The translations under genes and the position numbers were made by a program. From Octopus vulgaris (taxonomy: Eukaryota), in NCBI GenBank assembly GCA_951406725.2, contig OX597823.1, forward strand, positions 53,754,001-53,818,000: a stretch of 64,000 bases of DNA, read 5' to 3'. The notes under the pieces were generated by a model. The model worked only from the letters and a program-made list of their open reading frames with translations, had not been told where the DNA came from and made no database searches. Of the stretch, positions 11,823 through 24,330 are shown piece by piece (the first letter of the stretch is position 1; the number at the start of each line of letters is the position of its first letter).

Positions 11823-12468
11823 GGATAATTCCACAAAAATTATCGTAAAGTTGTAAATCATATAAATCGGAAATTCAGAGAGGAAAATCTACCTGTATAT
11901 TATTAAAACTGTTTAATAACTCATTTTGATTTCAGCTACGTCCTTGAGATTTTGTCTTTTTTTTATCATTATTATTATTAGCGAGATCGATGTACACAGA
12001 TCGATGAAGGAGTTTTAAGTAGAAGCAAACTAGTACGGAAAACAAAACACGCAATAAGAGATCATCAACTACGACCACTGACACGAACCCCAGCGAGTGA
12101 ATGAATTGATTCGTGTAAACAGACAAATCACCGAAGGTACTGCGTATGTGGACTGCGATCACAATGCATTACATTTAACTTTCTCTAAATTAAAATCCCG
12201 GTAGCACTAACAATGCGTTTAATGTATACGTGGTTGATGAAAATAAATACAACTTATATTCTCCGTTGAAGTTATATGTAGTTTATCGCAATGTAAGAAA
12301 ATATTTAACAAAAATGACAAGTTCTTAATATATTTTCAAAGTAATATAATAGGTTATAGAAGTATTGTTGCTGGTTTAGAACATAATGTTCAAACGTTTA
12401 GGCAGATGAGATAACATAGGTAGATAAGTAGACAGATAAATAGAAAGAGACAGACAGAGAGACATACC

Positions 12469-12664
<196 letters not shown>

Positions 12665-13355
12665 CTTCTTGGCAATATCCTATATCAACCCGAGATATAG
12701 TATATGGTATCCGAGAGAATCTTATCAACATCTACTTGTTGTGTTGTTAATGTATCGCTCCAGATCGGCCCTGACTGAGCAAACTTATGATCAAAGGTGT
12801 ACCAATCGTGACTATTCCATCTATTTGTGTATTTAGAATTGTATTATAAAGTTGTTCTCTGCTTTTTCAAGATCACAAAGTGTGATTCGAAGAATCTGAC
12901 TGCTAAGTGACCCCATAAATGCACTGTATTGGACTCCGTTAAAATCTAATAAAACTGTAAAGTCGAAAAATGAAAATCACTTCAATGAGTTTTTTTCTTT
13001 AATTTTCGAGATTCAATTTCTATTCCATATTTGTTAGATGACCTGTGTCGATACTTAAAGCAATACAACTTTTACTTCTTTTAATACACTCCTCCAAGCC
13101 AGAGTCGTCTTAGTAGCTCACTAGGCCCCCGGGCAAATCAATGCTGTGGACCCTATAGTATTTATTTATTGACAGTAAGCCACAACATACATTGATCAGA
13201 ATCGGGCCCTCTAGACCAGTGGGGTCCCTGGACTACTTCCCAGTGTGCTCATGCCTTAACACAGCCCTACCCCAAGTAGTCGTTCCATACGAGTGCATTC
13301 TTTTTGTTGGTGTATATGGAGTATCAAAGTTATGGCGCAAGATTCGAATGCAATA

Positions 13356-13512
13356 GGCGCAGGCGTGGCTGTGTGGTAAGGAGCTTGCTTCCCAACCACA
13401 TGGTTCCGGATTCAATCTCATTGTGTGGTACTTTGGGCAAATATCTTCTACTATAGCCTCGGGTTGACGAAAGCCTTGTGAGTGGATTTGGTTGACGGAA
13501 ACTGAAAGAAGC

Positions 13513-13568
<56 letters not shown>

Positions 13569-13818
13569 GCGTGTATGTGTGTGTGTGTCTCTCTCTGTTT
13601 GTATCTTCGTGTCTGTGTTTGGCCCCCAATGTCGCTTGACAACCGGTGTTGGTGTGTTTACTTTCCCATAACCTAGCGGTTCAGCTAACAGGCAAAGGTT
13701 GAAATATGTACCAGGCTTAAATATAAACAAGTACTGGGTCGATTCATTCGACTAAAATTCTTCAAGACGGTGCCCCACCATGGCTGCAGTCTAATGACTT
13801 AAACAAGTAAAAGGTAAA
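13356..13818 (+). mobile_element. Full-length family B SINE with internal (TG)n
   Basis: Head ggcgcaggcgtggctgtgtggtaag, core, (TG)n at 13516-13588, tail aaacaagtaaaaggtaaaa. Confidence 0.9.
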
Positions 13819-13949
13819 ATATAGAAGAATATTTCTTCAATCCTTTTTTTTTATTTTTAGTACCATATTCTTTAAATTTTTTTTTCCTTTTTCAGTAAAA
13901 AAAAAATACCTGTTTGCAAGAATTATCTCCCTTCGACACTGCTGTTTCG

Positions 13950-14460
13950 CTTAATCTTAACGCACATTTACACATGATAAAAGATCGAAGCATTCTAACA
14001 CCAAAATTGTCGTATCGGATCTAAACTTTTCAAAGATTATATCTTAAAAGTGAATAAATGACTACCAGAAATACAGTTATAAAATATTAAAGTGAATATA
14101 ATCTGAATGCAAGATGTTTTATTTCCTCGTTTAGTATCAATATACGTTCACTTTCTCCAAAAGTGTTACTACTTTAATTTTTGTCAACGAAGTTGTTACA
14201 TTCTATTGTTATGATATATTTTTGAAGAAGACAATATCTTGCCTCATATATTTAAAATTTATTGATGTTTGACAGCAATATCCTTCCACTTTTCTCCTTT
14301 TCTATTACACATATCGTTCTTTTTCACGAATGGTATTGTAAATCACTTTTACAATGTTCTCTCACCTCTTAGAAAGGTAATATTTCTCCGACCATTCAGA
14401 CAGCTGCTCATATTCTTTTACATATACATTCGATAAACCGACATTTATTATCACCCCGTT
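13950..14460 (-). mobile_element. Heavily decayed RLE-type non-LTR retrotransposon fragment
   Basis: Minus strand NKCRF..., IVKVIYNTIREK and MRQDIV (like RPDIV), with stops and frameshifts; abuts (AAT)n at 14468-14521. Confidence 0.45.
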
Positions 14461-14467
14461 AAGCGTC

Positions 14468-14523
<56 letters not shown>

Positions 14524-15014
14524 CATGTTTTCGACATGTTTATGCTAGTTTTTACGGCATTACCAGGTGCACCTCCATGTCCCAGAGGTGTACGCAGCAT
14601 GATATTCTGGGAAGTATTATAGAAATGTGTTTGTATATTATAGCAGTTTTGTTTTGTTGTAGGATTTATTTTTTTGCGTCTAATAAATAATGCGGTGTTT
14701 CTATTTGTGTAGAATATATTCAATTTCAGCCGTATGCATATAGTTTGAACTGAGTTAAGTGTTTCGATGTTGGTGTTGATTGTGCGGTATATGGATTGTA
14801 TACGCTACGCTATATTATACCGAAGAAATTGTGCCGAATATGAGTTGCATGAGTTTTCGTGCTATAGTTATTGGGTGATGACCATACTGGTATGTTCTAT
14901 GCGAGTAGTATTATATTATTTGGTAGTGATTCCGTAGAGTATATGTGGTGTATTTTATCGGTTCGTGATTATACAGAGTGTGTGGTTGTGTACAGAGCAC
15001 AGTAATGTGAATAG

Positions 15015-15110
15015 TGTTATTGAATTGAAAGTACCTTACAGAGGATGTTGGTTGTGTTTAGTAAGGCTAATCTTTGGAGTATATAAAGAGTTGTTCTTAA
15101 TATTTATTAA
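15015..15110 (-). mobile_element. Dong/R4-type ORF 3' end
   Basis: Minus strand LQRLALLNTTNILCKVLSIQ*, matching the C-termini at ~24210-24270 and ~25470-25530. Confidence 0.6.
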
Positions 15111-15117
15111 ATCAATA

Positions 15118-16865
15118 AGGCGCCGAGCTGGCAGAATTCTTGCCGCACCAGGCAAAAAGAAAATGCTTAGCGACATTTCGTCTGTCTTTACGTTCTGAGT
15201 TCGACTTTACACTGAGGTCGACTTTGCCTTTCATCCTTACGAGGTCAATAAAATAGGTACCAGTTGAACACAGGGGTCGACTTACCCACTTCCTCCGAAA
15301 TTACTGGCCTTGTGCCAAAATTTGAAACCAATATTTATTTATTCAATTCAAACGTCCGGTAAATCTGGTAAGCCATGACAGACTGGGAAACGTATATAAT
15401 ACCCATTATGTAGAAGAAATAATATAAAAACTAAAAACTTAGAAGAACAAAAGAAAAAAGAAAAGAAGTACAGATAAAGACCATTGAAATATTTTTGTTT
15501 TAAAAGTTTTTGTAGATTACGCCAAACTGGAACATCTTATTTATGGTTGGTGGAACCTCGAAAATAAATTACACCTCCAACTTATGCAGCTTTTTTTCAA
15601 GACCACTTTTAAATTCTCCTCTCTCTGAAACTGGTGATTTTTGGCAATGGAACAAATAATTGTTATAAATCTTAGCATGCAGCTAGCAATTTTGAAAGGA
15701 AGCGATAAGTCGATTACATCGACCCCAGTGCTCAACTGGTACTTATTTTACTTTATCGATCCCAAAAGAAAAAAAGGTAAAATCAACCTTGACTGAATTT
15801 GAACTCACAACGTAAAGTCGGAAGAAAAATAATGCCATAAGGTTTCTACATTGTCTCCACACGAACACAAAAGGGATGAGTTCTCCAATTATCATTAGCA
15901 CTGTTTTTATTTCTGTTACCTCCATCACACCATCCTGGATTATTTCCATTTCAAGAACATTGCACTTTGACAGTTTTTTTACTTCCTTCCGGACAATATT
16001 TTGTCAGAATGGAAAGCGGTGAGCCGGCAGAATCGTTAGCACGCCGGGCAAAATGCTTAGCAGTATTTCATCCGTCTTTATGTTCTGAGTTTTAATTCCG
16101 CTGGATCAACTTTGCCTTTCAACCTTTCGGGGTCGATAAAACAAGTACTTGTCGAATACTGGGGACGATTTAATCGATTTAGTCACTCCCCCAAACATGC
16201 TGGCCTTGTGCCAAAATTTGAAACCAATATATTGGTCAGAATGGATCGAGATGTCTAGCAGCGAGCAGAAATTTAGATTCTAGTCTTTGATAATTACATC
16301 TGATCAGTTTACCTATTTCTTTATTACCCACAAGGGGCTAAACACAGAGGGGACAAACAAGGACAGACATAGGTATTAAGTCGATTACATCGACCCCAGT
16401 GCGTAACTAGTACTTAATTTATCGACCCCGAAAGGATGAAAGGCAAAGTCGACCTCGGCGGAATTTGAACTCACAACGTAACGCAGACGAAATACCGCTA
16501 AGCATTTCGCCCGGCGTGCTAACGTTTCTGCCAGCTCGCCGCCAGTTTACCGTGTCTCCTAATCAGTCGGGGCAAGCATGTCATAAATGATTGTGATCAG
16601 GTTGTTGTCATTGACCGTGTTTAGTATATGCTTATATTATCTTCAGGGCAGCGAGTTGGTAGAATCGTTGGTACGCCGAACAAAATGCTTAACTTCTTTT
16701 CTTCTGGCTCATTACATTCCGAGTTCAACTCCCCCCGAGATCCACACTGCTTTTTATCCTCACGGATCGATAAAAAAAATTACCAGTTGAACACTAGGAT
16801 CAATGTAATCGACTAGGGCCCCTCCTCCCGAATTTCAGGCCTTGTGCCTGTTGTAGAAAGGATAT
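15118..16865. mobile_element. Cluster of five family A SINEs (15118-15335 +, 15680-15845 -, 16013-16232 +, 16314-16543 -, 16645-16865 +)
   Basis: Each has the head and/or the gcctttcatcc..gtcgataaa..agtaccag core; the 16314 copy is near consensus with TSD cagtttacc. Confidence 0.85.
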
Positions 16866-16949
16866 TACTTGTTAAACGTTTACACGTCTACAAACAAGTA
16901 TACTACCCAGCCGGCTCTATCGTGTCTGTGGATATACTCGGAATTGACC

Positions 16950-17665
16950 GTCGTGGTCAAGGTCGTGGCCGCGGCCGCGACCGTATTCGTGGTCATCCAC
17001 GAGGAGGAGAAGGATCACGACAACAAGCACGAGTACGGCCACGAGCGCCAGCACGTGCGCCAGTACGAGAGCCAACACGAGCGCGAGCATGAACGCGAGC
17101 ATGAGCGCGAGCATGAACGCGAGCATGAGCGCGAGCACGAGCGCGAGCACGAGCGCCAGTACGTGCGCCAGTACGTGCGCCAGTACGTGCGCCAGTACGT
17201 GCGCCAGTACGTGCGCCAGTACGTGCGCCAGTACGTGCCCTAGTACGTGCGCCAGTACGTGCGCCAGTACGTGCGCCAGTACGTGCGCCAGTACGTGCGC
17301 CAGTACGTGCGCCAGTACGTGCGCCAGTACGTGCGCCAGTACATGCACCAGTACGAGCGCGAGCACGAGCACCAGCACGAGCGCCAGCAGGAGCGCCAGC
17401 GCGTGCACGAACGCCTATACGAACGCAAGCGTGAGCAGGGGCACGAGCACGAGCACGAGTACGAGTACGAGCGCCAACAGGAGCACGAGTACGAGTACGA
17501 GCGCCAACAGGAGCACGAGCGTTATCACGAACGTGTGCACGAGCACGAGCGCGAGTACGGCCACGACAAGGACGCAGTTAAGAGCACGAGCACGACCTCG
17601 ACAACTAGCACAATCACGAACACGGGAACAACCATGACCACGACCAGAACTACGCTCAAAAACCG
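16950..17665. repeat. GC- and CpG-rich 6/12-bp minisatellite
   Basis: CACGAG/CGCGAG hexamers flank 15 tandem CAGTACGTGCGC-type 12-mers (17157-17336) plus one variant unit. Confidence 0.95.
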
Positions 17666-18006
17666 GTGACAAACGTGTAACACAGACAAACTACTCTGAA
17701 TTGATCAATTGTCTCATTACACTGACTGACTTGTGCGTATTTGATGTTGGCCTCTTTCTAACCTCATTCTTTCATTTCTTCTTTTTTAATTTTTTTTTGT
17801 AGCTGTTTATATTTTGGCATTGCTCCTGTGCGGCTAAAATCAGAACAGTTTCTGTTTTTCAAGCACAGATCTTTTGATCTATTGTTGGCTTTCAATTTGT
17901 CTTATTTACTGGTTCATTGCATTTCTGACGGCCAGCATCACAACGGAATGTCACCGGTTTTACAGATTCTTGCCAATATACTTAGTAAAAACTATACACG
18001 CAGAAA

Positions 18007-18062
<56 letters not shown>

Positions 18063-18221
18063 GTTTCAGCCTTTCGACAGCAATCATGCTGGAGCACCGC
18101 CATGAAGTGTTTTAGTTAATCATTTTTTTATAGTCTAGTAGTCACCGATATCTATTTGTCGAGCTATTTTGATTGTGCTCCCTTCTTGTTTGTTGTTACT
18201 ACTACAACTACTACTACTACA

Positions 18222-18547
18222 AGTGGAGGAGGAGGGGATAGTGGAGGAGGAGGAGGAGGGAGACATAGGGAGGAGGAGGGAGACATAGGGAGGAGGAGGG
18301 AGACATAGGGAGGAGGAGGGGGAGGAGGGAGATAAGGGAGGAAGAGGAGGGAGACATAGGGAGGAGGAGGGGGAGATAGGGGAGGAGGAGGAGATAGGGG
18401 AGGAGGAGGAAGGGGATAGGGGAGGAGGAGGAAGGGGATAGGGGAGGAGGAGGAAGGGGATAGGGGAGGAGGAGGAAGGGGATAGGGGAGGAGGAGGAAG
18501 GGGATAGGGGAGGAGGAGGAAGGGGATAGGGGAGGAGGAGGAGGGAG
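18222..18547. repeat. Polypurine minisatellite of 20-bp and 22-bp units
   Basis: agacatagggaggaggaggg at 18261, 18281 and 18301; gataggggaggaggaggaaggg every 22 bp from 18393 to 18525. Confidence 0.95.
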
Positions 18548-18562
18548 AGTGTATGATATGAT

Positions 18563-18852
18563 GACACACTGGTGAAGAGTCCCCGTGGTTGCTGCAGACG
18601 AGTCCAGTCATTTGGGAGTAGTTCTGATACCTATACAAGGTTGATGCCATGAGTGAGCCACTGGATCATGTTTTCTCTGCCCGCCTTCAACATCTCCGTG
18701 GTGATAGTGCAATTTCCAGGGATTCTGCGGTTGTTGAGCTTCTTCAGAGCGACACTGACTTCATTGGAGGTGATGGGATCGAGTCCTCAAGTGTCGTTGA
18801 TTGTGGCTGTGTCTGCGGTGGTGGTTAGGCTGGGATCGATTGAGACGGTTGG
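18563..18852 (-). mobile_element. LINE RT N-terminal segment, inverted
   Basis: Minus strand DPITSNEVSVALKKLNNRRIPGNCTITTEMLKAGRENMIQWLTHGINLV*VSELLPNDW..CSNH..LFTSV. Confidence 0.8.
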
Positions 18853-19540
18853 GTGATGGAGAAGTTTGTTGGCTCCTTCATCTACCTGGGCTCCACAGTC
18901 ACTAACAATGGATACCTGACCCCGGAGATCAACTGCAGATGTGGTTTGGCCGCTGGGATCACGTGCTCCTTATGGAAGGCCCTCTGGCTCCAAGGCTTTA
19001 TATCCCGGAAGACGAAGCTCAGCATCTACAACGCATCGGTCCTCTCCCTTCTCCTCTGTGGAGCAGAAACATGGTCCCTCTCAAAGACCCTGACAAAGAG
19101 AATCGACGACTTTGATAGCAGAGCCCTAAGAACCACCGAAAACATCAGATGGCATGTTTCCAACAAAGAACTGCATGCGCATATATCAGCCCACAGACTC
19201 CTACTTCATGGCTATCTGTCGCATGCGCTGATACGCACATGTCCTCCGTCTCCCGCTAGATCATCCTACCAGAACTTTACTCACATTTGACGCTGTAGCT
19301 ACGGGCTGGAAAAGGTCTCGCGGCAGGTCCCGCATCAGATATTTAGACGTGATTGGGGAAGATCTCCAGAGGCTTGACGTCACCTTAAAGGATGCAGAAG
19401 GGCTGGCACGAGACCGCCAGCGATGAGAGCACTGGTTGACCTGGTTGATTTTATGCATGATGGCGCCTCTGGGACTACCATCTTGGAATGAACCCAGCCC
19501 CATCAAGCAAGAGCATGATGCGAAGCGAGCGAAGCAAAGC
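18853..19540 (+). mobile_element. RTE-clade LINE, RT C-terminus and 3' end
   Basis: FIYLGSTVTNNG..ISRKTKLSIYNASVLSLLLCGAETW..KRIDDFDSRALR..W.VSNKEL; aagc-type tail. Confidence 0.88.
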
Positions 19541-20019
19541 AATAAGAGTATCTCTACATGATCAATTTTAGCCACAAGAAATAATAACTAAATATCAATC
19601 GAGCTACGCCTCACTGTCTTAACAAGAAGGAAAGAAAAGATAACATAACCTGGAATATACTATCCTTGTCAGTGCATTACACCTTTCATCCATCAGAGAC
19701 AGCAAAGCAAATGGAGGAAGATATCCCCCTTGGCATGCTCTTCTATATCTCAGATACAACCAAATAAATATAATCCAAACCACACAAACGTTTCAGTTAT
19801 AGCTGCACTACAGTAGTTTAGGCAAACCACACGGGTTACAATATTGTGAGAGAATCACAGATCTCGATAAACTGGGCAGCGTTTGCCTGACACTACAACT
19901 CTTGCGAGAGAGACTCTACAACTCTTGCGCATCCGAAATGCGAATGGTGACTGCGTGCATTGCACAAGGGCCACAGGATCTTTCGCATTCCAAATTTTAC
20001 ATATATATATATGTGTGTG

Positions 20020-20058
<39 letters not shown>

Positions 20059-20627
20059 TGAATCATTGCAGGAATGAAGTGGATTCGATCCACCATAGCC
20101 AAATCTAAATTAACACTTCAACAGAACTTTTCTCACAGTGGAACAATAGTTTTTCTGTGACAGTTTACATTTGTCAGATGCCTTAGCTAGGCCGAAATAA
20201 TGTCTTCACCACTTGATCCTTCTAACTTCTACTTCATCAAAAGCTAGAATTAAGATAACAAGTACCACCAGCGAAATCTATTGTGCTCAACGATATGTCT
20301 ATCCTTCTAGATAGTTATAAAAACAAGAACCCTCAAGCTAAAGTGAGTTAGTTAATGAGTGACAACTCGAGTAAGAGACAGCTACCATCAGTTAGTGAAC
20401 GGACCGCTAGAACCATGGTCAGAGAGAGAAATGAAGTTTACAATCAGCAACAAAGAGACAATTCGCCCCGATTCTCTCACTCTCACTAGCTCACTTTATT
20501 TTCTCTTACAACATCATTCTATCTCTATCGGTAATTACCACTACACAATGACGAGAGCATAAACACAAACTATACAAGGAAAATCTAAGACATCTATCTT
20601 TACTTCGCATGCTTTACTTCGCATGCT

Positions 20628-20702
20628 TTTTCTTCTACTATAGCCTCGGGCCGACCAAAGCCTTGTGAGGGGATTTGATAGACAGAAGCGGAAAGAAAAG
20701 CG

Positions 20703-20753
<51 letters not shown>

Positions 20754-20970
20754 TCTTTGTGTTTACGTTTGTCCCCCCACAGCATCACCGCTTGACAACA
20801 GGTGTTGGTGTGTTTACGTCCCCGTAACTTAACGGTTTGGCATAAGAAACCCACAGAACACGTACTAGGCTTTAAAAAAATAAGTCCTGGGGTCGATTTG
20901 TTCAACTAAAGTCCTTCAAGCATGGCCCAGCATGGCCGCAGTCAAATAACTGAAACAGGTAAAAGATACA
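20628..20970 (+). mobile_element. 5'-truncated family B SINE
   Basis: Core tcttctactatagcctcgggccgacc, (TG)n, 3' half ending actgaaacaggtaaaaga. Confidence 0.85.
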
Positions 20971-21159
20971 TAATGGAGGCGAACACCTTTATCCATGTGA
21001 TCGGGTTGAAAAATTGTTAAGACACTAAGATATTTTTCGACTTCTTTTGACACGAAACCAATGGTAGCCTTAATTCACAAATAAAGAAATTATATAACCA
21101 CCAATGCAGTGTTGAGCACTCATTTCATCGTTCGACATTTACGTATTTGTATGTATGTA

Positions 21160-21194
<35 letters not shown>

Positions 21195-21464
21195 AGTTCA
21201 GCAAAAATTTAGATTCAAATGAATATGGTGCTTAATTTAGATGCACCAGAATTCTGTATGGTGTTACCCATAAAAATCCTTGGGGTGATTATAATCAAAA
21301 TAAGCAACAAGAATGTATTTTTTGTATTAATAGAAAACCTCTATAATTGGCTGATGAGTACTCAGCATTTTAAAACTGTTGTAATACTTACAACATTTAA
21401 TAAAATGATGTAGTACGAAACGATCGTACCAAATTACCGGAGTCATTCTTGTTGCTTATTTTGA
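21195..21464. mobile_element. Penelope-like or retrozyme-like unit in (TA)n
   Basis: 21-bp inverted repeat (21295-21315 and 21444-21464) brackets a hammerhead; the left part recurs at ~58525-58615; (TA)n on both sides. Confidence 0.65.
21344..21436 (+). ncRNA. Type I hammerhead ribozyme with canonical core
   Basis: Stem I TTGG (21347-50)/CCAA (21429-32); CTGATGA at 21351-57; stem II GTACT/AGTAC extended by nested hairpins; GAAA at 21417-20; helix III ACGATCGT; GTA cleavage triplet at 21426-28. Confidence 0.8.
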
Positions 21465-21465
21465 G

Positions 21466-21514
<49 letters not shown>

Positions 21515-22219
21515 GGAGAGAGAGAGAGAGGTGGAGAAAGAGAGAGCTTGTGAAGGTCCCCTAATCCTGTTAAGTATTTATAGTATCACATCCCTCCATA
21601 CCTACCCATACCAACAACACACCGGCTAGCACCACCACCCCTCACACACAGACACTCTTCGACCCCTCCGCACCTCCTCCGTGCCTATCCGCCTAAACGA
21701 TCGTGTGAAGTTAGTTTTAAAGCTTGTTGTCAGTTATCGCCGTTGCCACCATCGCCATTATCACTATCGTCGTCATCATCATCATCATCTTATTCATAAA
21801 TACTAATGTCAGATTAATGTTGTGTTTTTTTCTTTGTTTTGTTTTGTGTTGGTTTTCTTTCAATTTATGTTTTCTTTTTTTTTTTTTAATTTGTCAGTAA
21901 TTATTAACATTGATCACGTCTGAACACTTTCTGCATTGAGTAATTAAGGTTACGTGTGTGATAAAAAAAAAAAGAGGGAGAAAGGGAGAGGGAGAAAGAG
22001 GGGAGAGGGATAGAGTGGGTAGAGAGAGTGTGGGGGGGAGAGGAAGAGAGTGGGGGAAATGAGAGAGGAGGAGAGAGGGAAAGAGGGAAAGAAAGGTCTG
22101 ACTGCAGAATTATGGATTTTATTTCAGCACATGCCTAAGTCCCGTCACAACTACTTACAAAGATCATTTATAGAATGCATGTGATCAAATTATAAACAAA
22201 CACATCATAAACAAGATAA

Positions 22220-22355
22220 TAATGATGATGATGATGATGATGATGGTGTATGGTGGTGGTGGTGGTGGTGATGATGATGATGATAATAATGATGATGATG
22301 ATGATGATGGTGATGATGATCGTGGTGGTGGTGGCGATGATGATGGTGTTGGGAG

Positions 22356-22434
<79 letters not shown>

Positions 22435-22475
22435 GGTGGTGGTGGTGGTGGTGGTGGTGATGGTGGTTGATGATA
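22220..22475. repeat. Compound (GAT)n/(GGT)n microsatellite
   Basis: Direct inspection. Confidence 0.97.
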
Positions 22476-23002
22476 AAAACAATGTTGAGTTTTTTATAAA
22501 TAGGTATAAAATATGCGTTTGTCTTTGTATGCATATATGTGTGGATTTATGTCATATATATTTATATACAGTCGTATGTATGTATGTACGTACGTACGTA
22601 TGTATATATATATGAACACATTATGACTTTATGCATTGGTATATGTGTGTATGTGCATGTGTGTGTGTGTGAATGTGTGTGTGGATCTATATTTTCATTT
22701 GTATGTATTTCTACATGTAACGGATGTTTGTTTGTAATCGTGTATGTGTATGTATAAGACATCTGGGGATGTATTCCTATTCTCAATTATATCCACTTAT
22801 CTTTGAACGTGTTTGCATGCGTGAGCCTATAATCGCACAGATATACAACGGACAGACAATACACACAACACACACACACACACACACACACACATCTGAA
22901 AAAATCCATGTTCGTTAATCCGATGTCGCATTAAATGCGAATACTTATTAATCTATATTTTTATTAATAACAACAATAAAAACAATAGCGATAATAATAT
23001 TA

Positions 23003-23182
23003 ATGGTTTCAAATTTTGGCACAAGGCCAGCAGTTTTGAATTAACCCCAGTGTTCAACTGGTACTTATTTTATCGACCACAAAAGGATAAATGACAAAGT
23101 CGACCTCGGTGACATTTGAACTCAGAATCTGAAGTCGGACGAAACGCCGCTAAACATTTTGCCCGGCAAGCCAACTCGCCGT
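23003..23182 (-). mobile_element. Family A SINE
   Basis: aactggtacttattttatcgacc..aaagtcgacctcgg..tttgaactcag. Confidence 0.8.
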
Positions 23183-23184
23183 TT

Positions 23185-23280
23185 CGTGCACATATGCTTG
23201 TGATGATAGATATATTGAGCTTGGTATATTTGTACCCCAGTGTCACTTTGATGGTATGTGTTGCTCTCCATATAACTCAA
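23185..23280 (+). mobile_element. 3' fragment of the ~550-bp (TAA)n-flanked element
   Basis: taccccagtgtcactttgatggtatg matches 48750-48776; followed by AAT repeats. Confidence 0.7.
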
Positions 23281-23317
23281 TAATAATAAATATATAGAAC
23301 TCAACAATAACAATAAC

Positions 23318-23367
<50 letters not shown>

Positions 23368-23369
<2 letters not shown>

Positions 23370-24330
23370 GTTGAAAGAAGAAACATGGCAAAATATTTGG
23401 TAAACAGCAAACAAGACCTGCTACAATATGCTGCTAATGCAGAAGGATTTACCATCAACAGACTTGAGAGTGTTAATGAATTCCTTTCACGAAAAGCCAA
23501 CAAGAGAGAAGAAACTCTATTCTGCATGGAATTACATGGTCAGTTACACCGTAAAACTAACAACTGAAAAAAAAACAAGACGCATCATATATGTGATTCA
23601 GCAAGGGTGACCTTAATAAAAAGGCTGAAAGCCAAATCATCGCTGCCCAGGATCAGGCATTGAATACCAGCTCAGTGAAAAGGGATTTATACCACACAAG
23701 TGCAACGAACATCTGCATAATGAGTGGGAAGAAGGTCGAAAGCGTGACTCACATTGTTAGTGCTTGTGAAAGTATTGCGCAGAAAGAGTACAAGCGCAGA
23801 CACGATAAAGTAGACCAAAACCTTCACTGGCTACTATACCAGCAGTATGGATACGTGGTAACAGGTGTTTGATACCAACACACATCGGAAAAGGTAATGG
23901 GCGAAAACAAGAAGGCAAAGATCCTCCGAGATTTTGACTTCCAGACAGACAATGTGTTAGATACAGTGACCTTTAGGAGGGACAAACAAGAATGCCTAAT
24001 AGTCGACGTGGCAATGCCAGGAGATTAACATATTATGAAAGAAAGAAAAGGTTGATAAATATGGAAACCTGAGAGTTGAGATCACCAAGATGTGACAGCT
24101 AAAAGAGTCAAACATAAAGGTTGTCCCTGTTGTTATTGGAGCATTGGGTTCAATGCCACCCAACCTGAAGAAACATCTGGAAACTTTAGAAATACCCTAC
24201 AATCTAGGTGTATAGCAAAAATCAGCTTTACTTGGAGCTGCACACATATTGTGTAAAGTACTGTCTGTCTGAGATCGTTGTTGTGACTTGACAGCCAGTA
24301 CAAACCTCCGGTAGACACAATTCATTAAAA
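23368..24330 (+). mobile_element. Dong/R4-clade RLE non-LTR retrotransposon, 5'-truncated pseudogene (copy 1)
   Basis: IIAAQDQAL, degenerate zinc knuckle (ESVTHIVSAC), KEYKRRHD, DFQTD, LIVDVAMPGD, VVIGALG, ALLGAAHILCKVL; follows (AAT)n directly. Confidence 0.9.

Noticed and set aside
11915-12170. Possible host exon after a good acceptor (..ttttgatttcag)
   Set aside because: No recognisable coding frame or supported donor; such acceptors are common by chance in AT-rich DNA
16869-17669. Reflectin or His-rich beak protein gene
   Set aside because: No Met/Asp-rich reflectin motif or GHG-type repeats; in-frame TAG; no supported start or splice structure. Kept only as a repeat finding
22205-22534. 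Poly-His or poly-Asp/Gly ORF
   Set aside because: Pure (GAT)/(GGT) microsatellite that is open in several frames
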